From: Catajapyx aquilonaris
Taxonomy: Eukaryota
Reading direction: 5' to 3'
Assembly (NCBI GenBank): GCA_000934665.2
Contig: KZ538137.1
Span: 1 to 64,000 of the forward strand
Length of the DNA: 64,000 nucleotides
The translations under genes and the position numbers were made by a program. Under the pieces are notes generated by a model. That model saw only the letters and a program-made list of their open reading frames with translations. It did not search any database and had not been told where the DNA came from. Positions 61,701 through 64,000 of the stretch are shown here, piece after piece. How positions within the stretch are numbered: position 1 is the stretch's first letter; each line of letters begins with the position of its first letter.

Positions 61701-63216
61701 GGGGCTCCGAGCGAATGTCGGTTTTAATCCGACCGCTTCAGTTCAGGCTGATGAACTGCCTATAATCATTCAGTATAGGCTGGGGGGACCGGATACTCAT
61801 GCAGGTCAACTGCTCTAGTTGTAGTCCACGCCACGTTTCATCGTGAAATATTGCCCTTCCGCGATTTCGAATGCACCGCATCGGGGACAACGTAATGGGA
61901 AAAATGCCATCGGCGTCCTCTCTGCCTCATTCCACGCTTCAATTTCCACAGACGCTACTAGCAACATAGGCTTGTCGCTCTCTGACTATGAGAAAGGACA
62001 CTTGTTCCATTCCGTTCTTTTACAAATAAAAAATGATGATACATCATGAGTTATGGCGAGCTTTAGAGCTAAAACCGTGCGCCGAAAGTGAACAGGAAGG
62101 AATTAGTTTTTCCCCCCATACTAAAGTGGACATGTTGACATGAATTGGGAATGCGGCACGTTATATGACGGATGGTTGGGTGACAGTGTATCGCGACCGT
62201 GTATCTGTCGCGACAGCTGCCGCCTCGCGATGCAACCTGCCCGTGTGTAGCCGCCTTTACGCGTAGCGGTGTTAATAACATCCTTTAAAGATCAGATCCG
62301 ATCATTTGGAGAAGTGAACAGCCCTCGGTTACCAAAGTTTGGCGCGATTTGTCAGCAGGTTTGGCGTGATCGAACACGTCGCGTTTACCCCTTTGTTCGT
62401 AATAGCGGGGGGTTATGGAGAAGTAGCATCAGATAAAGCCGTCAGAAGGAATCGCAATGAACTTGCACAACTTTGCGAAATCCTTACTTCCCACGGGGGC
62501 AGACTTGATCGATATCTACAGAAGCTTGTAGACTGACTGAATAGCATAGCATCATAGCGAGCACTTGGTTGAACTTGTCGAGCATTTTCCAACCTCAGCT
62601 TCTAGTTCCTCCCATAAATACATACTTTAAACTTCTTAAAACTTTGTTCTTCCACGCTCACTCTACTTGTAATTAAAACTCCTGTCTGCTTGTGGGTGGG
62701 AAAACAATCAAGGAGAGCGAAAGGGGATTGTCGAAATTGCCTTTTGAACCGCAGCTCAGGAGTTTGAAAGGAGGCATAATTTCTGTAGCTCCAAAAAAAA
62801 TTGTGGTCGTCTCCCACCCATTTTCATTAGTGTTGATTCTCTTTTCGTGTAATCTTCCGGTTTAAGGCATTCCCTGCATAACTGTAATCACAAGGGGGTA
62901 CCTTATTCAAAATCTTGAAACTGGCTTGTAGTCAGAAAGGCACTGGCTCAGTTAAAATAATATTAAGTTATAGTATTGCATGATAGGTGCCTTTATTTCA
63001 GTGTATTTTTAATCAGGTATTATGCAATTAGTATGAAAATTTTTCTAAATCTTGCGAAGGTGCTGGTGTCTCTTAAAAACAAGATCAAGCCGAGCCCTGT
63101 TTATTTTTTTCAGGGCCGAAAGTGCCTCCGCAAATGCACCTCGGACGAGGACTGCAAGAGTAAGAAGAAAAAGTGCCTCTGTGACGGTGCTTGCGGACTT
63201 TCGTGCATCAAACCGG
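55705..63216 (+). CDS. lev-9: Secreted lev-9-like protein (signal peptide and WAP-type Cys-rich domain; Sushi/CCP domains expected downstream), 5' part only. Exons 55705-55771, 60189-60337, 63114-63216; continues beyond the window
   Basis: Signal peptide MRRLSILLLLLYLSQHFFVTSE with donor G|GTATGT. In-phase exons give VFKNPRNAPSETCPRDEVQAQNQ-GRKCLRKCTSDEDCKSKKKKCLCDGACGLSCIKP, the pattern I recall from arthropod lev-9-like proteins. Donor G|GTAAGT at 63217. Confidence 0.78.
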
Positions 63217-64000
63217 GTAAGTTTTCCTTCAGCTGTTCAACCCCCACTGCTTCGGATTGCCTTGTCCTTCAAAGAATCACCTTATAAAAACAGTAGCTGG
63301 TGCAAGATCGTGACGAATTTGCTAACATGCGATTCCTTCATTTCCTCCTTTCGACACTGTCGTTTACGCATATGACGTTATATGCGTCTCAGTCACGGCT
63401 CACGGGAACATGTTCAGTGTGGGTTTCTAATCACGGCTGTACTATTAATTTTTTTTTCTTAAAATGACATTGACGTAGCCATGGGGCAAGTTCAAGATCA
63501 AAAATGTTCTCGGTGCAGATTTCACGTGTAGCTTATCAGATAATGTGCATGCAGACGTATGAAAACGCGAGTAGGATAATACTATTTTTAAAATGCATTA
63601 CAGTGCACAATACAACTGGTGAACGTATGCAATCAAAGCCCAAGATACATGCGAACTATAATTTAAAAACAGGTAATGATGATACAGTCCAGGGTACACA
63701 AATTTGCACATTGATTACAGTACAGTACTTTGTAGGCGTTTGTAGGCATGCAATAGATTACATTTCACTTGGTTCAATATTTTGACGAGGATGAATGCAA
63801 TGTAAATGCAAATAAAATTTACTGTACAGTTTTGTGTAAATCTATAGTGCATTCAGTATGCAGAGGGAATGAGAAAACTAGAAGGAAACTCAGGAGTGTA
63901 ACTCATACATAGTTTATACACTACCCTCCTCTTATAAGGGAAGAAACCTATAATTGGGTAATAAACCAACAGTTTATACATTGCGCAGTCAAGCATGTTG

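Noticed and set aside
1..64000. CRISPR arrays, operons, transposase or reverse-transcriptase ORFs, viral genes
   Set aside because: No regularly spaced repeats or such coding motifs were seen. Gene structure is spliceosomal and all mobile elements found are non-autonomous.

Overview
Eukaryotic, intron-rich genomic DNA; protein similarities and TCAGT initiator motifs point to an arthropod, probably an insect. No prokaryotic features, CRISPR arrays, rRNA or intact tRNA genes were seen. I reconstructed seven spliced genes by hand from GT-AG sites and reading frame: (1) the 3' part of GABA-B receptor subunit 1 (+); (2) a kynurenine aminotransferase (+); (3) a FAM166/CIMIP2-family ciliary protein (+); (4,5) two tandem, uncharacterised coiled-coil genes that share a C-terminal NHRxVxKPxDVK motif and have full CRE palindromes near their putative promoters (+); (6) the small-RNA 2'-O-methyltransferase Hen1 (-); (7) the 5' part of a secreted lev-9-like WAP-type protein (+). 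Introns and intergenic DNA hold three related tRNA-derived SINEs, an hAT MITE with an 8-bp TSD and several TA-flanked Tc1/mariner-type MITEs. The best leads are a ~1.7-kb nested, branched foldback inside a Hen1 intron, the CRE-associated paralog pair, and the hydrophobic N-terminus and acidic GW/WG tail of Hen1. An assembly gap lies at 27290-27581. Family assignments come from remembered motifs, not database searches.
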